Position numbers and translations under genes: made by a program | Notes under the pieces: generated by a model | Seen by the model: only the letters and a program-made list of their open reading frames with translations | Databases searched by the model: none | What the model was told of the DNA's origin: nothing | Shown: in pieces, positions 47,242-61,243 of the stretch | Layout: every line of letters begins with the position of its first letter | How positions within the stretch are numbered: the stretch's first letter is position 1 | Assembly (NCBI GenBank): GCA_951406725.2 | Contig: OX597831.1 | Span: 33,418,001 to 33,482,000, forward strand | Source of the DNA: Octopus vulgaris | Taxonomy: Eukaryota | DNA: 64,000 nt | Direction of reading: 5' to 3'

Positions 47242-48378
47242 GGAGGGGTTACCCAAAATTAACTGGAATTTTGCAATATTATCTCTGTCCGTTGCCAGCA
47301 TCGCCTGGCCCCGTGCCGGTGACACGTAAAAGCACCATCCGTTCGTGGCCGTTTGCCAGCTCTGTCTGGCACCTGTGCAGGTGGCACGTAAAAAACACCC
47401 ACTACACTCGCGGAGTGGTTGGCGTTAGGAAGGGCATCCAGCTGTAGAAACACTGCCAGATCTGACTGGGCCTGACGAAGCCTTCCAGCTTCACAGACCC
47501 CAGTTGACCCGTCCAACCCATGCTAGCATGGAAAGCGGACGCTAAATGATGATGATTTCATTCACTTAGTTTTATTGCCTTCAAAGCATTCTCCTTTTGA
47601 AGCACTGCATTGGTCCATTGTTCGAAGCAGTGCTGGAACTCTTGCAAAGTGATGCTTTTCAATGCCTCCATTGTTTTTTTTCTTCACCTCTTCCATATCT
47701 GTGAATTCCATAGCACCAGCTTTTGTCACCAGACTTCGAAAAAAAAAAGGTCTGGATCAACTTACAACTGTTCTTTCAGTTCATGACACACATTCACACC
47801 TGACTGCTTTTGATCTTCCGTGAACAAGAGAGGCACAGATTTTGCTCCAACTCTTTTCATTGGCAATTCCTTACTCAAAATTCGTTGGCAGGAGCTCCAG
47901 GACACACACCAGTCATATCAACAAGTTCGTCAATTGTTCGGTGATGGTCCTCCATTATCAGTTCACAAATTTTCATGATGTTTTCATTCATTCAGGGGTT
48001 CGACAGTTGCCCTGAACGAGGTTGGTCCTCAAGCAACAAAAAAAACCATTCTTAAAGCATGGAAACCACTCGTAAGCTTGTGCTTTGCTCATGGCAGCAT
48101 CCTTGTAAGCTGTCTGACGCATGACAACTGTTTCGGCTGCCATTTTCCCCAGCAGAAAACAGGATTTCATAGAAGCACGCTGTTCCTTCATTTCAGACAT
48201 CGCAAAAATCGATGAACAGGGGAGAAACATTTTAAAATAAACATGCTCCATGTGTGCTATGCTGGTCGGCAGACTGATGCCTGAAGGTTGCATCAAGTGG
48301 CTTCTAGCAGCAGAAGCCTGAATTACAATGGGCTTGTCCCACAGAGAACATTTCTGGTTACTTTTGGGTACCCATCCG
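47242..48378 (-). mobile_element. Mariner element (internally deleted) with an RTE 3' fragment inserted at about 47285-47556
   Basis: TA-flanked TIRs GGAGGGGTTACCCAAAATTAACTGGAA and TTCTGGTTACTTTTGGGTACCCATCCG; peptide EQRASMKSCFLLGKMAAETVVMRQTAY..YEWF..FKNG. Confidence 0.85.
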
Positions 48379-49014
48379 TACTTGGATATGGTACTCAAAT
48401 TGAAAGTAAAAGTAAATGAAAAATGAATGAATAAATGAATTCAGTGTTTCATTCATTTGTTCTATGTTTTCTTTTGCTTTCTATTTGAGAATTGCACACG
48501 CGCGTGTGTGTGTGTGTGTGTGTGTGTCTGTCTGTCTGTTGTGTTTTGTGTTGTTGCCCTCTCACATATAACTGTACAAGTTATACTCACGTACAAGTTG
48601 CAATGTTTCATACTTGATTTTCAACTGAAAAGAACTGGAGTGTGACTTACAGACAGGGAAATTAGCTAAAATAATGAAGGGGAAAAATATCGTGTACCAG
48701 GGTTTAGCACTAAATTAGGGGTACAACTTATACATGAGTAAATACAGTACATACACACTCGCACAGATGCACACACACATACACACACACATATCATATC
48801 TGTGTGTATATAAGTTGCACTATTTTATACATGATTTTAACAAAAAAGACTGGAGTGCATCTTATGCATGAGTAAATACAATATGCACACACACACACAC
48901 ACACTCACACATACACACACACGTATGTATATATTTACTTAAACACAGTATTCAGTTACCTGGCGTTTGAAGAATTTTTAACCCTTGTCCTCTCTCTTTT
49001 ATATCTTCTGGCAG

Positions 49015-49081
49015 ACTTGGCAGACCCCTAACACTCTCCGAAAAGATTGTGTATGGACATTTAGACAAACCTAAAGAACAG
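49015..49081 (+). CDS. ACO2: ACO2 exon (LGRPLTLSEKIVYGHLDKPKEQ)
   Basis: Conserved RPLTLSEKIVYGHLD; CAG and GTAAAT boundaries; phase 2 to 0. Confidence 0.95.
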
Positions 49082-51522
49082 GTAAATTTCTTGTGTATCC
49101 CTTTAAGTTCATTCTCTAACCCTTTTGATACTAACTCTCCTGAGACTGTCCCTTGTATGACATAAAGCTTCCTGTTTATAAAGTGACCTAAATTAAAACT
49201 TTCCCTCAAAATTTTATCTTGATTTATGTCTACATCCAGCTGTAGAAACACTGCCAGATCTGACTGGCCTGGTGCAGCCTTCGGGCTTCCCAGACCCCAG
49301 TTGAACCGTCCAACCCATGCTAGCATGGAAAGCGGACGTTAAACGATGATGATGATGATGTCCAAATACCAGCTTAATAACCATCTTAAAATTCTTTCGC
49401 TAAATTCTTTATTTTCAAAATTTATTGGAACAAAGTTGGTCTATTTTTACAAATGTAAAGGCAACAAAAGAGTCAAGGTGATCTAAATTGAAACTTCTCA
49501 TCAAAATTCTATGTTAATTTATGTTCCAAACACCAAAGAGAAAAATTATTTCACTAAATCCTTCATGGTTTCCAAAATGAATTTAAACAAAGCCACTGGT
49601 GTGGCTGTGTGGTAAGAAGTTTTCCTCATAACCACATGGTTCCAAGTTCAGTCCCACTGCATAACACCTTGGACAAGTGTCTTCTATTAGATCTCTGGGT
49701 CAATCAAAACCTTGTTAATGGTTTTGGTACATGGAAACTAAGAGAAGCCCATTGTATATGTATGTGTGTACGTATTTATTTATTTATATAAGTATATATA
49801 TATATATAAGAGAAGAAAATGGATATAATTACAATGGGAAATTCGTGGTTTACGCTGGTATGTCTTTAATTAAATAGGTAAGAAAGAAGGAAGAAGCAGA
49901 GATGACACACACACATGCACACACACACACACATGTACTTGTGATAGCTGTGTCACTGTCATAAAAGCATTGTCTTTCATTTCCAATCTTCTGTGAAAAC
50001 ATGTCAGGACATGGGGAAGTATTACCTTAATTGGAAATGGGTGAGGGTTGGCAACAGCAAAAGGATCCAGCTGTAAAAAATCTGCCTCCACAAATTCCAG
50101 TTAACCCATGCCAGCATGGATAAGTAGACATTAAAACGATGACGAGGCTAATGACAATGATGACGATGATAAAAGGCAGTGTATTTCAATAAAAATATGG
50201 TAACAAAAGAGTTGAAGTGACCTAAATTAAAAAAAAAAATAGGTAGGTAAAAAGGGTTAAACTTGAAGTGATATATCAATTACAACTGTGTGGCACTTCA
50301 CATGGTTGCAGTCCAATGACTGAATTGAGTTTAAGAATGCACCTGTAGCAGAGAGTAGTGATGCATATAGGGATACATGGCTTGTAGAGAGATATGCCTC
50401 TGTCAGGGATGTGCCACCTGGGTAGGCAAGGTAGGCAGTGCCTACCCTTCATAAAATAGATCAATAGTAACATATTCCTCTCATGGTTAAATATGTGCCT
50501 AATTCAATAAAATTATGAAGGTTATTCTGATTATTATGCATAAAATGCAAAATATTTTATTTATTTGTAGATTAGATAGGCATAATTTGCCTCTGCCTTT
50601 CAATCTCAGTATTAAAGCTATGCATAGTACTGCTGTAGCACACATGCTGTGTACATTCCTACAACAACGTTTTCTTTACATGCTATAAAGGCAGAAGTAA
50701 ATCTGTCTTCAACTCAGTCACATGCCTGTGTTTTGCTTATTTTTCTGTGTTTTACTACATACACGTCACCAACTGCCCACCCTGGTTAATTACTGATGGC
50801 ACATGCCTGGCCTCTGTATATTTCTTATCATCATCATCATTTAACGTCTGTTGTCCATGCTGGTATGGGTTGGACTGTTTGACCAGGGTTGGCAAACAGG
50901 AAGGCTGTACCAGACTCTAGTCTGTTTTGGCATGATTTCTATGGCTGGACACCCTTCCTAATATCAACCACTCCGAGAGTGTAACGGGTGCTTTTATGTG
51001 CCGCTGGCATGTGTGCCATTTGAATGATACGACTGTGATGTCACTTGGCTCAATGGGTCTTCTATTCAAGCAGGGCATATTGCCAAAGGTCTCAGTCATT
51101 TGTCATTGCCTCCATGAAGCCCAACATTTGAAGGATGCTTTTTATGTGCCACTGACATCAGCCACCTTGCTTTCATGAGGCCCAATGCTTGAAAGGTGTT
51201 TGTCATGTGTCACCTGCATGGTTGCCAGTTATGTGACACCAGCATTGGCCATGACTATGATTTCACTTGGCTTGACAGGTTTTCTCACGCATGGCATATT
51301 GAGGCCCAAAGTTCAAAGGTCATGTTTCACCACCTTAAGCCATGTCTTCTTAGGTCTACCTCTTCCACAAGATCCCTCCACAGTTAGGGATCGATGCTTC
51401 TTTACACAGCTGTCCTCGTCCATATGCACCTCATGACCATACCGGCATAGTCGTCTCTCTTGCACACCACATCTGATGCCTCATATGCCCAACTTGTACA
51501 CTTTCATTTTATTTCATTTCAG

Positions 51523-51594
51523 GATATTGTTCGTGGAGAAAGCTATTTGAAACTCAGACCTGACCGAGTAGCCATGCAAGATGCAACAGCTCAG
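51523..51594 (+). CDS. ACO2: ACO2 exon (DIVRGESYLKLRPDRVAMQDATAQ)
   Basis: Conserved LRPDRVAMQDATAQ; canonical splice sites; 72 nt. Confidence 0.96.
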
Positions 51595-52881
51595 GTAATA
51601 TTTCGATGTTATGTTCTTTTTACTTTATGTTCTTTTACTTTTGCTGTTGTTTGTTTTCACCCTTGGTTTGGTCTTTATTTACCGCCGTGGACACACCTCC
51701 TTGGTGAGTGTTGGAAGAAGTGGGAGCACTGTTTTGTTGAGAAAAGATTTGATGAATATACATCCTTAATAAGTGCAGGTGTGACTGTGTGATTGTGAAG
51801 CTTCCTTCCTAGCCACATGGTTCTGGATTCAGTCCCACTGCGTAGCATTATTATTACCCTAGGCAGACCAAAGCCTTGTGAAATGGATTTGGTTGATGGA
51901 TGCTGAAAGAAGCACATTGTATGTTGTTTTCAGTCTTCCATGGATCACATGTTTAACCATAGAGAAATATCACCTTGCTCAAAAACAAGTGAGGATTGGC
52001 AACAGGAAGGGCATCTGGCTGTAGAAAAATCTACATCAAATTCTGTCTGATGGCAAAGTGGACATTAAAAAGATGATGATGATGATAAGGAGGAGGAGAA
52101 GGATTAGGGTTGAAGGTGGCAAAGACTGCATCAAAGTGTTTAGTCTGTCTTCTTCATAGCCAGAAAGTAACCCTGCCCCTTGCATCCCAACAATTACTAA
52201 ACCTTTATAAAGATGAGGTGAAACCCACAATAGCATACTGCTCCACATCTGAGATGATCCTGCTTCTACACACCCAGACATCCTAAATCACATCCAAAGA
52301 GCTCACCCATCTCAGAATTCTTACAAAAAGCTCAGGACACTTTTGTTCACCCGGTTCTTACTCTGGCTACACATTTTCTTTATACCTCTGACATCTACTA
52401 CAATGACCAAGGTAAAAACTATCAGCTACTTCTAGTAAGCCTTCTCACCATTTTGGAAGAATATTACTGGCATTAGGAAGGGCATCCAGCCACAGAAACC
52501 ACACCAAAACAGACATGGAGCTTGAACAGCCCTTCACCTGGTCAGCTCCTATCAGATCATCCAACCCATGCCAGCATAGAAAACGGATGTTAAATGATGA
52601 TGATAATGATTTCACATATATTCTTGTTGTTAACAGTCCCAATGTATCTGCCACGTACAAAGTCAACCTTCTTTGTCAGCCTGACACTGATCTCCCTACG
52701 CTTTGTACATCCCTATTTTACACTGGGTACACTATCAAATTTCCAGTCCCCTTATATCAGGCATACCATTTCCCTGACAGAAGTAGGGGTCTTGTCTTCT
52801 TTTCTGCTTGCTGTATGTTATATTACCATATCTGGTTATTCAATCATATTATGTATTTCTTGTTTTCTTTGTGTTCTTCAG

Positions 52882-53001
52882 ATGGCCATGTTGCAGTTTA
52901 TTTCCAGTGGTTTGGCTCGTGTAGCCGTTCCCAGCACCATTCATTGCGACCACTTAATCGAAGCTCAGATTGGTGGAGAGAAAGATCTGGCTCGGGCAAA
53001 A
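52882..53001 (+). CDS. ACO2: ACO2 exon ([40 protein letters not shown])
   Basis: Contains the catalytic HCDH motif; canonical splice sites; 120 nt. Confidence 0.97.
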
Positions 53002-54091
53002 GTGAGTGCAGACATTTCTATGCTTTTGTTTCTGTGGTTAAAAAAAGAAAAGAAAAAAGACATTTTCCCAATGTGCTGTACAGCAGGACTGAACTGGAGT
53101 CCTCATGGTTGGGAAACAAGCTTCTTAACCACACAGCCATGTAACCCTTATATGTTCAGATTACTCAATTAAATGTAATACTTATTCATTCTCAGGGTTT
53201 TGAATTAATTGTGCATCATCTCATAGCTTCAAGATTTCACAGATGTGATTTTTTTATCTTTTATCTTTTACTTATTTTGGTCATCAGACTGCGGCCATGC
53301 TGGAGCATCGCCTTGAAGAATTTTTGGTGCTTATTTTTTTAAAGCCTTGTACTTATTCTATCAGTCTCTTTTGCTGAACCTGTAAGTTACAGGGATGATA
53401 ACACACCAACATCAGTTGTCAGGCGGTATTGGGGGACACAGACACACTTGGGCTTCTTTCAGTTTCTATCTACAAAATCCACTCACAAGGCCCTGGTTGG
53501 CCTGAGGCTTTAGTAGAAGACACTTGCCCAAGGTGCCATGCAGCGGGACTGAACTCAAAACCATATGGTTGGGAAGCAAAAGCACACTGTTAAGTTGTTG
53601 GCATTACGTAAGGGCACCCAACCATAGAAACCATTCCGAAGCAGCAGAGCACGATCATGCAGTTACCAGTGGCTACTTGTTGATGACGAAGCTCAAAGAC
53701 ACAGAAATGCACGTTTATATCTGCCACTACTGTTGCTGGGCGATTTTCATTTGTCTCATATATTTGTTTTTAGCACTATATATATCTATAAGAGTTGCTT
53801 TCTTGAGATGAATCCTGCAGTTTATCTGGCTTTTAACGACGTATATGCTTTGAGTATGAAACACAGATTGCTAATCAAAGATATTATCCAGTGTACCCTT
53901 CATTTTTTTTTTTAAATAGTAGGGTCAGACGTGGGAAAGTGTTTCTGGCAACTCCTGTTGCTATTTAAAATACTCTCATCGGTTTTCTTTACTTAGTTTG
54001 CTCCCTTGACCAGTTTTCGTTTGCAAATCTGAGTTCTCTCCCTTTTTACGTGTATTTCGTTATCTTCATTTAACTTACTTGTCTTGTGCAG

Positions 54092-54184
54092 GATATCAAC
54101 AAAGAGGTCTACGACTTTCTACAGACAGCTGGCGCCAAATATGGCGTAGGATTCTGGAGGCCCGGAAGTGGCATCATTCATCAG
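54092..54184 (+). CDS. ACO2: ACO2 exon (DINKEVYDFLQTAGAKYGVGFWRPGSGIIHQ)
   Basis: Conserved GFWxPGSGIIHQ; canonical splice sites; 93 nt. Confidence 0.97.
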
Positions 54185-54443
54185 GTAACATTTAGCTTCT
54201 TTCATTTTCGTCAATCACCGTTTATTTTTACACCACTACACTACTTGTATGGAGGAATGTAGTAATGCGTGATTCTAGCGATGTCACAATATCTCCATCT
54301 CTACATAGAATTGTGTGTGTGTGTGTGAGAAGGAGATGAATAAAGACGAATAAACACAAAGAAGAGAAGATCCTTTTGTTAGGGACGATTGCCAGTCAAC
54401 CAACAAATGGAGACTATAGCGTGTGGTGGTAAGTAGAAGTCTT

Positions 54444-54853
54444 GGATCTTTTCGGTTTGACCGGCAGTTTTTTCTAGCGGTATCATATGAAATTGTCACC
54501 CATAATTATGACTCTAGTATCGATCTTTTGCATTTCAATCTATTTTAGGGTTAGGGGTGGGGGAAGGGTATCTTTTTCTCTTCAGAAATGTAAATAAACC
54601 CAATCTGTTTCTTAAACGAGGGACATTTTCATACGGCACAGAATGTTTTCACCTCAATAGACGTCATTGATTGGTTGAAATTGCAGAAATTGAAGAAAAA
54701 CAACAACAAATATCTTACAAACTATAGAATTTTCTCAATAAGGCCAAGAGAAAAAGATGTTTTATAAACACATTCTACCAGTATACGAAGTTTAAAAGTG
54801 TTTAGTTACATGGAAATTATTTAAAAAAACTGCCGTTCAAACCGAAAAGATCC
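54444..54853. mobile_element. MITE with GG termini and 8-bp TSD (Merlin-like)
   Basis: TIR GGATCTTTTCGGTTTGA.CGGCAGTTTT at both ends; TSD GAAGTCTT at 54436-54443 and 54854-54861. Superfamily assignment is an inference. Confidence 0.8.
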
Positions 54854-55279
54854 GAAGTCTTTGATCTTGCCAGTGGCAAAACAATCTTTCTAGCACTTGT
54901 GCCAGTATAAAAATGCTTGTGGGTTATACCCTGTAAAATGGTTAGTTATAGGAACAGCATCCATTTGTTGATACAAAACCTAAAAAGCAGAAATTTATCA
55001 GCAAGATTTTGTCTCAAGTCTTTTAAAAGAGCTGTAATTCTGACTTTGGCTCTAATGATCTGTCCAACCCATGCTAGCGTGAAAAAGTGGATGTAAATGA
55101 AAACAATAATAATGATGATGTTCATAGCTTTGAGGTTATAAACATTGATTTATACGGTCAGTAACTGGTTCAGTGGTCAGTTCCGGTATTCTTAAGCTAT
55201 TTTATGAGCCTTAAATAATCAAGGTAAATAATTCTGCCCCTGTCTGCTCCAGTTTGGCTGATTAAAAATTAGTGAACTA

Positions 55280-55810
55280 GCACTGGACATGGGAGATTAA
55301 ATTTGGGACAAATGGTCTTGGGACACTAGACTTGAGACAGTGAGCTTAGGACTGTGAACTTGGAACAGTGAACTGAAGACACTGAATTTAGGACAATGGG
55401 TTGAGGACACTGGACTTAAGTTAGTGGACCTAGAACAGTAGACATGAGACATTGGATTTGGGATGCTGGAGTTGGGATATTGAATTTAGGGCACTGGACT
55501 TTGGACAGTGGATCCAAAATGCCGGGCTAAGGATATCAAAGTTATAACATTAAACTTAGGGCAATTGAGCTTGGATCATTAAATTTGGACACTGGATTTA
55601 GACAGTGGATCAAGAATGCTAGACTTGGGATATTAGACTTTGGACACAGGACTCAAGACCATTGATTTAAGACAGTACACTTGGAACTGTGGACTTTAGA
55701 CACTGGACTTAAAGCACTGAATTTGATATACTGGACCTACAATGGACATGGGGCAGTGGACTTGTAACAATGAACTTAAAACACTAGCATTTTGGACATT
55801 GGTCCTAGAT
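55280..55810. repeat. Degenerate minisatellite, about 14-bp unit GGACACTGGACTT(G), in an ACO2 intron
   Basis: Many diverged tandem units visible. Confidence 0.8.
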
Positions 55811-55917
55811 TATATGAAGTAAGATCACGCTTTATGTGATCTGCAGATGTACATTAAAAATTTATGTTAATTCTTGTCCTCCATCTGTTTTCAATTTTGT
55901 TTTTCTCTTTTTACCAG

Positions 55918-55987
55918 ATTGTTCTCGAGAATTATGCTTTTCCAGGTGTTATGATTATTGGAACTGACAGCCACACCCCCAATGGCG
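55918..55987 (+). CDS. ACO2: ACO2 exon ([23 protein letters not shown])
   Basis: Active-site GTDSHT motif; 70 nt; ends in phase 1. Confidence 0.97.
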
Positions 55988-56493
55988 GTAAGTCTTTGGA
56001 TTATATTTTCTCTCACTCCCCCTCTAACCATATATCTATTCTATAGTTTTGCAGATTCAGTAATTGTTTGGTTAAGGCATGAATATCACAGGTTCTTCAT
56101 TTCACCATTTCCATCAAATGTGTCTTAATAACGAACCTCTATAAGGCGGTGAGCTGGCAGAAACGTTAGCATGCTGGGCAAAATGCTTAGCAGTATTTTG
56201 TCTGTCTTTACATTCTGAGTTCAAATCCTGCTGAGGTCGACTTTGCCTTTCATCCTTTTGGGGTCGATAAGTAAAGTACCAGTTGCATACTGGGGTCGAT
56301 CTAATCGACTGGCCCCCCTCCTCAAAAATTTCAGGCCTTGTGCCTAGACTAGAAAAGAATAATGAACCTCTATGTAATTGTTTAACTTGATAGAAATAAT
56401 AGCCAAATCTCCCTCAGATTACATGTTTTAAAAAGAAAGAGTATATTGACAACCAGTGTTGGTGTGTTTACATCCCTGTACCTCAGTGGTTAG

Positions 56494-56697
<204 letters not shown>

Positions 56698-58308
56698 TGA
56701 TTGAGCAGATCTATGTTGATGATAAGTGACAGAATCATTAGAGAGCCCTCGAATATTCTCCTTTGGTGGTAATACCTGGAAGGACACATTGGATAATCCT
56801 TTCTACTTTAGGCACAAGGGGGAGGGGGGATAATCGATTACATCGACCCCACTGTTTTACTGGTACTTAATTTATCGACCCCGAAAGGATGAAAGTCAAA
56901 GTTGACCTCGGCAGAATTTGAACTCACAGAAACGTTAACATGCTGGGCGAATTGCTTAGGTATTTCGTCTGTCTCTACCTTCTGAGTTCAAATTCTGCCG
57001 AGGTCGACTTTGCCTTTCATCCTTTCAGGGTTGATGAATTAAGTACCAGTTGCGTACTGGGATCAATCTAATTGACTAGACCCCTCTCCCCAAAATTTCG
57101 GGCCTTGTGCCTTGTGCCTAGAGTAGCAAAGAATATTTTTGGCGTTAGGAAGGGCATCCAGCTGTAGAAACTCTGCCAGATCAAGACTGGAGCCTGGTGC
57201 AGCCATCTGGTTCGCCAGCCCACAGTCAAACTCTCCAACCCATGCTAGCATGGAAAGCGGACGTTAAACGATGATGATGATGATGATGATGAATGCTGCG
57301 ACAGGCGAAATACTGCTAAGCATTTCATCCAGCGTGCTAAGGACACCTTGGCTAATGTAGTCATAGGTACAATGCCTGAAAGCAAAAGATGAGATAGTCA
57401 CAGCTGGAATGTCTGATTATAGGTTCTGCTCTGTCTGAGTTGATTTGGGATATGGGACTGAATGACGACATTAACCACTGAAGCATAACAACAACAACAC
57501 TAATAATACAGCAACCACACTAAGAACATCAACATCAACAACAACTATTACAGCACCAATAGCAACACTAACCACCACCACCACCACCACCACCACCACC
57601 ACAACAACAACAACAATATCAAAACTACAATAACAATAGTGTGAAGGCATGTGGCTTAGTGGTTAGGGTGTTTGGCTTAAGATTGTGTGGTTGTGAGTTC
57701 AGTTCCTGGTGATGTATTGTGTCCTTGAGCAAGACACTTTATTTCACATTGCTCCAGTCCACTCAGCTGGCAACAATGAGTAGAACCTGTAATTCAAAGG
57801 GCCAGCCTTGTCACATTCTCTTTCATGCTGAAACTTCCTGAGAACTACATTAAGGGTACGCATGTCTGCGGAGTGCTCAGCCACTTTGCATGTTCATTTC
57901 ATGAGCAGGCTGTTATGTTGGTTGGATCAGCTGGAACCCTTGTCATCGTAAGTGATAGAGTGCCAGTCTCACTAACGGTAACAGCAACATCATCATCATC
58001 ACCATTTAACGTCTGCTTTTCCATGCTGGTATGGGTTGGACGGTTTAACAAGGAAGCAGGCAAGCCGCAGAGGTGCATCAGGCAAGCCGCAGAGGTGCAT
58101 CAGGCTCCATTTGCCTGTTTTGGCTTGGTTTCCATGGCTGGATGCCCTTCCTTAATGCCAGCCACTTTACAGAGTGTACTGGGTGCTTTAATATCTGTGT
58201 GGTCAGTTCTGACTGCTGACCAAGAGCTAAGCAACAACAACAATATTCAAACCAAATCCTGATATTGTTCCTGTCTTAATGACTTTCTCTACTTTTTCTG
58301 TTTTGCAG

Positions 58309-58459
58309 GTAATCGGGGTTGAGCTGACTGGGAAATTACACGGTTGGACATCACCAAAGGACATCATCTTGAAGGTTGCTGGCATTTTAACAGTAAAGGG
58401 TGGCACAGGTGCCATCGTGGAATATTTTGGCCCTGGTGTAGATTCCATCTCCTGCACTG
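58309..58459 (+). CDS. ACO2: ACO2 exon ([50 protein letters not shown])
   Basis: Strong conservation; canonical splice sites; 151 nt. Confidence 0.97.
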
Positions 58460-58501
58460 GTAAGTTCTTCATCTTAAATATGCACATGCCTGTGCACGCA
58501 C

Positions 58502-58545
<44 letters not shown>

Positions 58546-59045
58546 CTTTCTTGCTTTAGCTCAGTCGCATTCAGATTATCAAATTTTAATGCTTATTTAT
58601 TCACATTGTTTTGAATCAATCAGGCCATTATCTCATAGCTTTGAGATTGTATACTTTTAGAATGACATTGTAGGGTAGGTGTAAGAGGCAAGATCTTGAC
58701 AATTTGAAAATAAAACAAGTAGAATCATTTGGACTGGATATGGCCAATTTAAATGTTGAAGTGTTTAGAGTTTGTGTTAATTATCTCTTTAGCATTTAAA
58801 CTGGCCATATCCGCACAGAATATTCTGTATGTCTTATACTTAAGCTAGTCGGATCTGACCTCTTATACCAGCCCTACAATACCATTCTAAAAAATTAAGT
58901 TATCTCATCAAAATCTCAAAGCTACAAGATAATGCATGGCCAGTTCAAAACACTGTGAATAAGTTAGAATTATATTTGGCAGAATAATGTGAATGTTAAA
59001 GAGTGAATTAATTAATCTCATGAGTTTGTTTATCACTAATTCCAG

Positions 59046-59150
59046 GAATGGGTACCATCTGCAACATGGGTGCAGAAATTGGTGCGACAACCTCAATTTT
59101 CCCCTACAACCACCGAATGAAGGACTATCTTGTAGCCACAAACAGAAATG
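59046..59150 (+). CDS. ACO2: ACO2 exon ([35 protein letters not shown])
   Basis: Conserved [14 protein letters not shown]; 105 nt; phase 1 to 1. Confidence 0.97.
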
Positions 59151-60224
59151 GTAAATATAATTGTTGTTTTTTTTATGCTGTTGGGGATGACAAGGGGACG
59201 GAGACTTCTGGGGGTTTGCTGTGTTTGAGAAGACTCGACAAGATAAGTAAAAGCATCGTTGTCCTTGCATGCAGGTTTGTCCCCCTGTTTCCCTCTCCAG
59301 CTGGACATTCCTAGTCTTGCAGGCTTGTGAGTGCTGGCGCTATGTAAAAAGCACCGGTGCCAGTGTTGCACAGAGGCATCCCGGCACACTCTGTAAAGTG
59401 GTTGGCACTAGGAAGGGCATCCAGCTGTAGAAACCACGTCCGAAAGGGACATAAAGCCTGGGCAGGTCTTCAGCCGACCAGCTCCTGTCAAACCGTTCAA
59501 CTTATGCCAGCGTGGAAAACGGACATTAAATGATGATGATGATAATGGTGGTGGTGGTGGTGGTGGTGATTGTCATTGCTATGATCATCATCAGTCGTTG
59601 CTGTTGCTGACAGACATCTTCATTAATGTCATGTCATTAGACATTCCTTCCTTCCTTTCTCCCCGCCTCCCCTTGCACCTCCCTCATCTCTTTCTTTTTC
59701 CCTCCTGCGCTTCCTTCCTTTCTTCATTTGTCTGTTCCTTCCTTCCCTCCTTCCCTCCTTCCTCTCTTCTACCTCACTCACCCCCTCTTTCCCTTTGTTC
59801 ATTTGTTCCTTCCTTACTCCTTCCCTGCATTCCTTTCTCTCTCTGTTCATTCATTCTTTCCTCTCTCCCTTTCTTTCAACTTCCTTCCTTCCTTCCTCTT
59901 CTCGCGCCTTTCATCGTTTTGGGGTTCATGAAATGAGAACCAGTTGAGTATTAGGGTTGAAGTGACCAATTAGTGCCCTCACCCCAAAAACTCAAGGCCT
60001 ATAATAGAAAAGATTATTGTTATTAATTAAGGCGGTGATCTCGCACAATCATTAGCATGATGGACAGTATTTCATCTGTCTTTTTGTTCTGAGTTCAAAT
60101 TACACTAAGGTAGACTTTGCCTTTCATCCTTTTGGGGTTGATAAGTACCAGTGGAGCACTGTGGTTGATCAACTTGCCCCTTGTGAAATTTCTGGCCTTG
60201 TGCCAAAATTTGAAACCATTATTA

Positions 60225-60528
60225 TCTCTATATATATAAACGGCAAAATGTCTGTGTGTGTGTGTCCTTTATACAAATCCACAATTTTTCAGTTAGAGGG
60301 CTCGAACTTTCTGTGGTCGTTCAAAACCGTCCAAGGGTGGTCGTGCACATCTTTACATTTCGCCAGTCACCCCGCAAAGCCATTAAAAAATCAATAGAAG
60401 TGACATTTTTGTGAATTTTCTATCCAAATCCCAATCAAAATGCTTGAAACTTGATACGCCAATTGAATGCCAGCTAGCTGAATGTGATTGGTTAGAAATT
60501 TGGACAGTATACCGGGTCATAGTGTTAG
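60225..60528 (+). mobile_element. Non-autonomous Helitron, degenerate
   Basis: 5' A|TCTCTATATATATAAACGGCA shared with the copy at 27609; 3' end ..ACCGGGTCATAGTGTTAG|T with a decayed CTAG. Confidence 0.65.
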
Positions 60529-60689
60529 TTATTATTATTATTATTCCACCGAGGTCGACTTTGCCTTTCATCCTTTCGGGGTCAATAAATTAAGTACCAG
60601 TAAAACACTGAGGGTTGATGTAATTGACTGGCCCCCTCCCCAACAATTTCAGACCTTGAATCTATAGTAAAAGGATTATCATCATCATC

Positions 60690-60720
<31 letters not shown>

Positions 60721-61151
60721 GTGAAGGTGGCGAGCTGGCAGAAACATTAGCACGCTGGGTGAAATGTTTAGTGGTATTTCGCCTGTCTTTACGTTCTGAG
60801 TTCAAATTCCGCCGAGGTCAGCTTTGCCTTTCTTCCTTTTGGGGTCGATAAATGAAGTACCGGTTGCATATTGAGGTCGATCTAATCAACTGGCCCCTTC
60901 CCCACAAACATTTCGGGCCTTGTGCCTAAGAGTAGAAAAGATTATTATTATTATTATTAGTAGTAGTAGTAGTGCTGTTGCTACCACTACCACCACCACC
61001 ACCTCATATGATAACAAAGTAAAAGTGAATATAATGATGCATGTGTATTTTCTGTAGTTACAGTGACTCTACCAGAAATCAAATATCTGTTTAATTAATT
61101 TCGCTATTTTTTTCGATACATGAAATAATTTTTTTCCTTCATTCCCACCAG

Positions 61152-61243
61152 ACATTGCCAGCCTGGCCGATTCTTACAGATCGCTCCTTTCTGCTGACAG
61201 AGACGCTACATACGATCAATTGATTAAGATAAACCTGGATGAG
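61152..61243 (+). CDS. ACO2: ACO2 exon (DIASLADSYRSLLSADRDATYDQLIKINLDE); gene continues beyond the window
   Basis: Conserved YDQLIxINLxE; canonical splice sites; 92 nt; phase 1 to 0. Confidence 0.95.
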
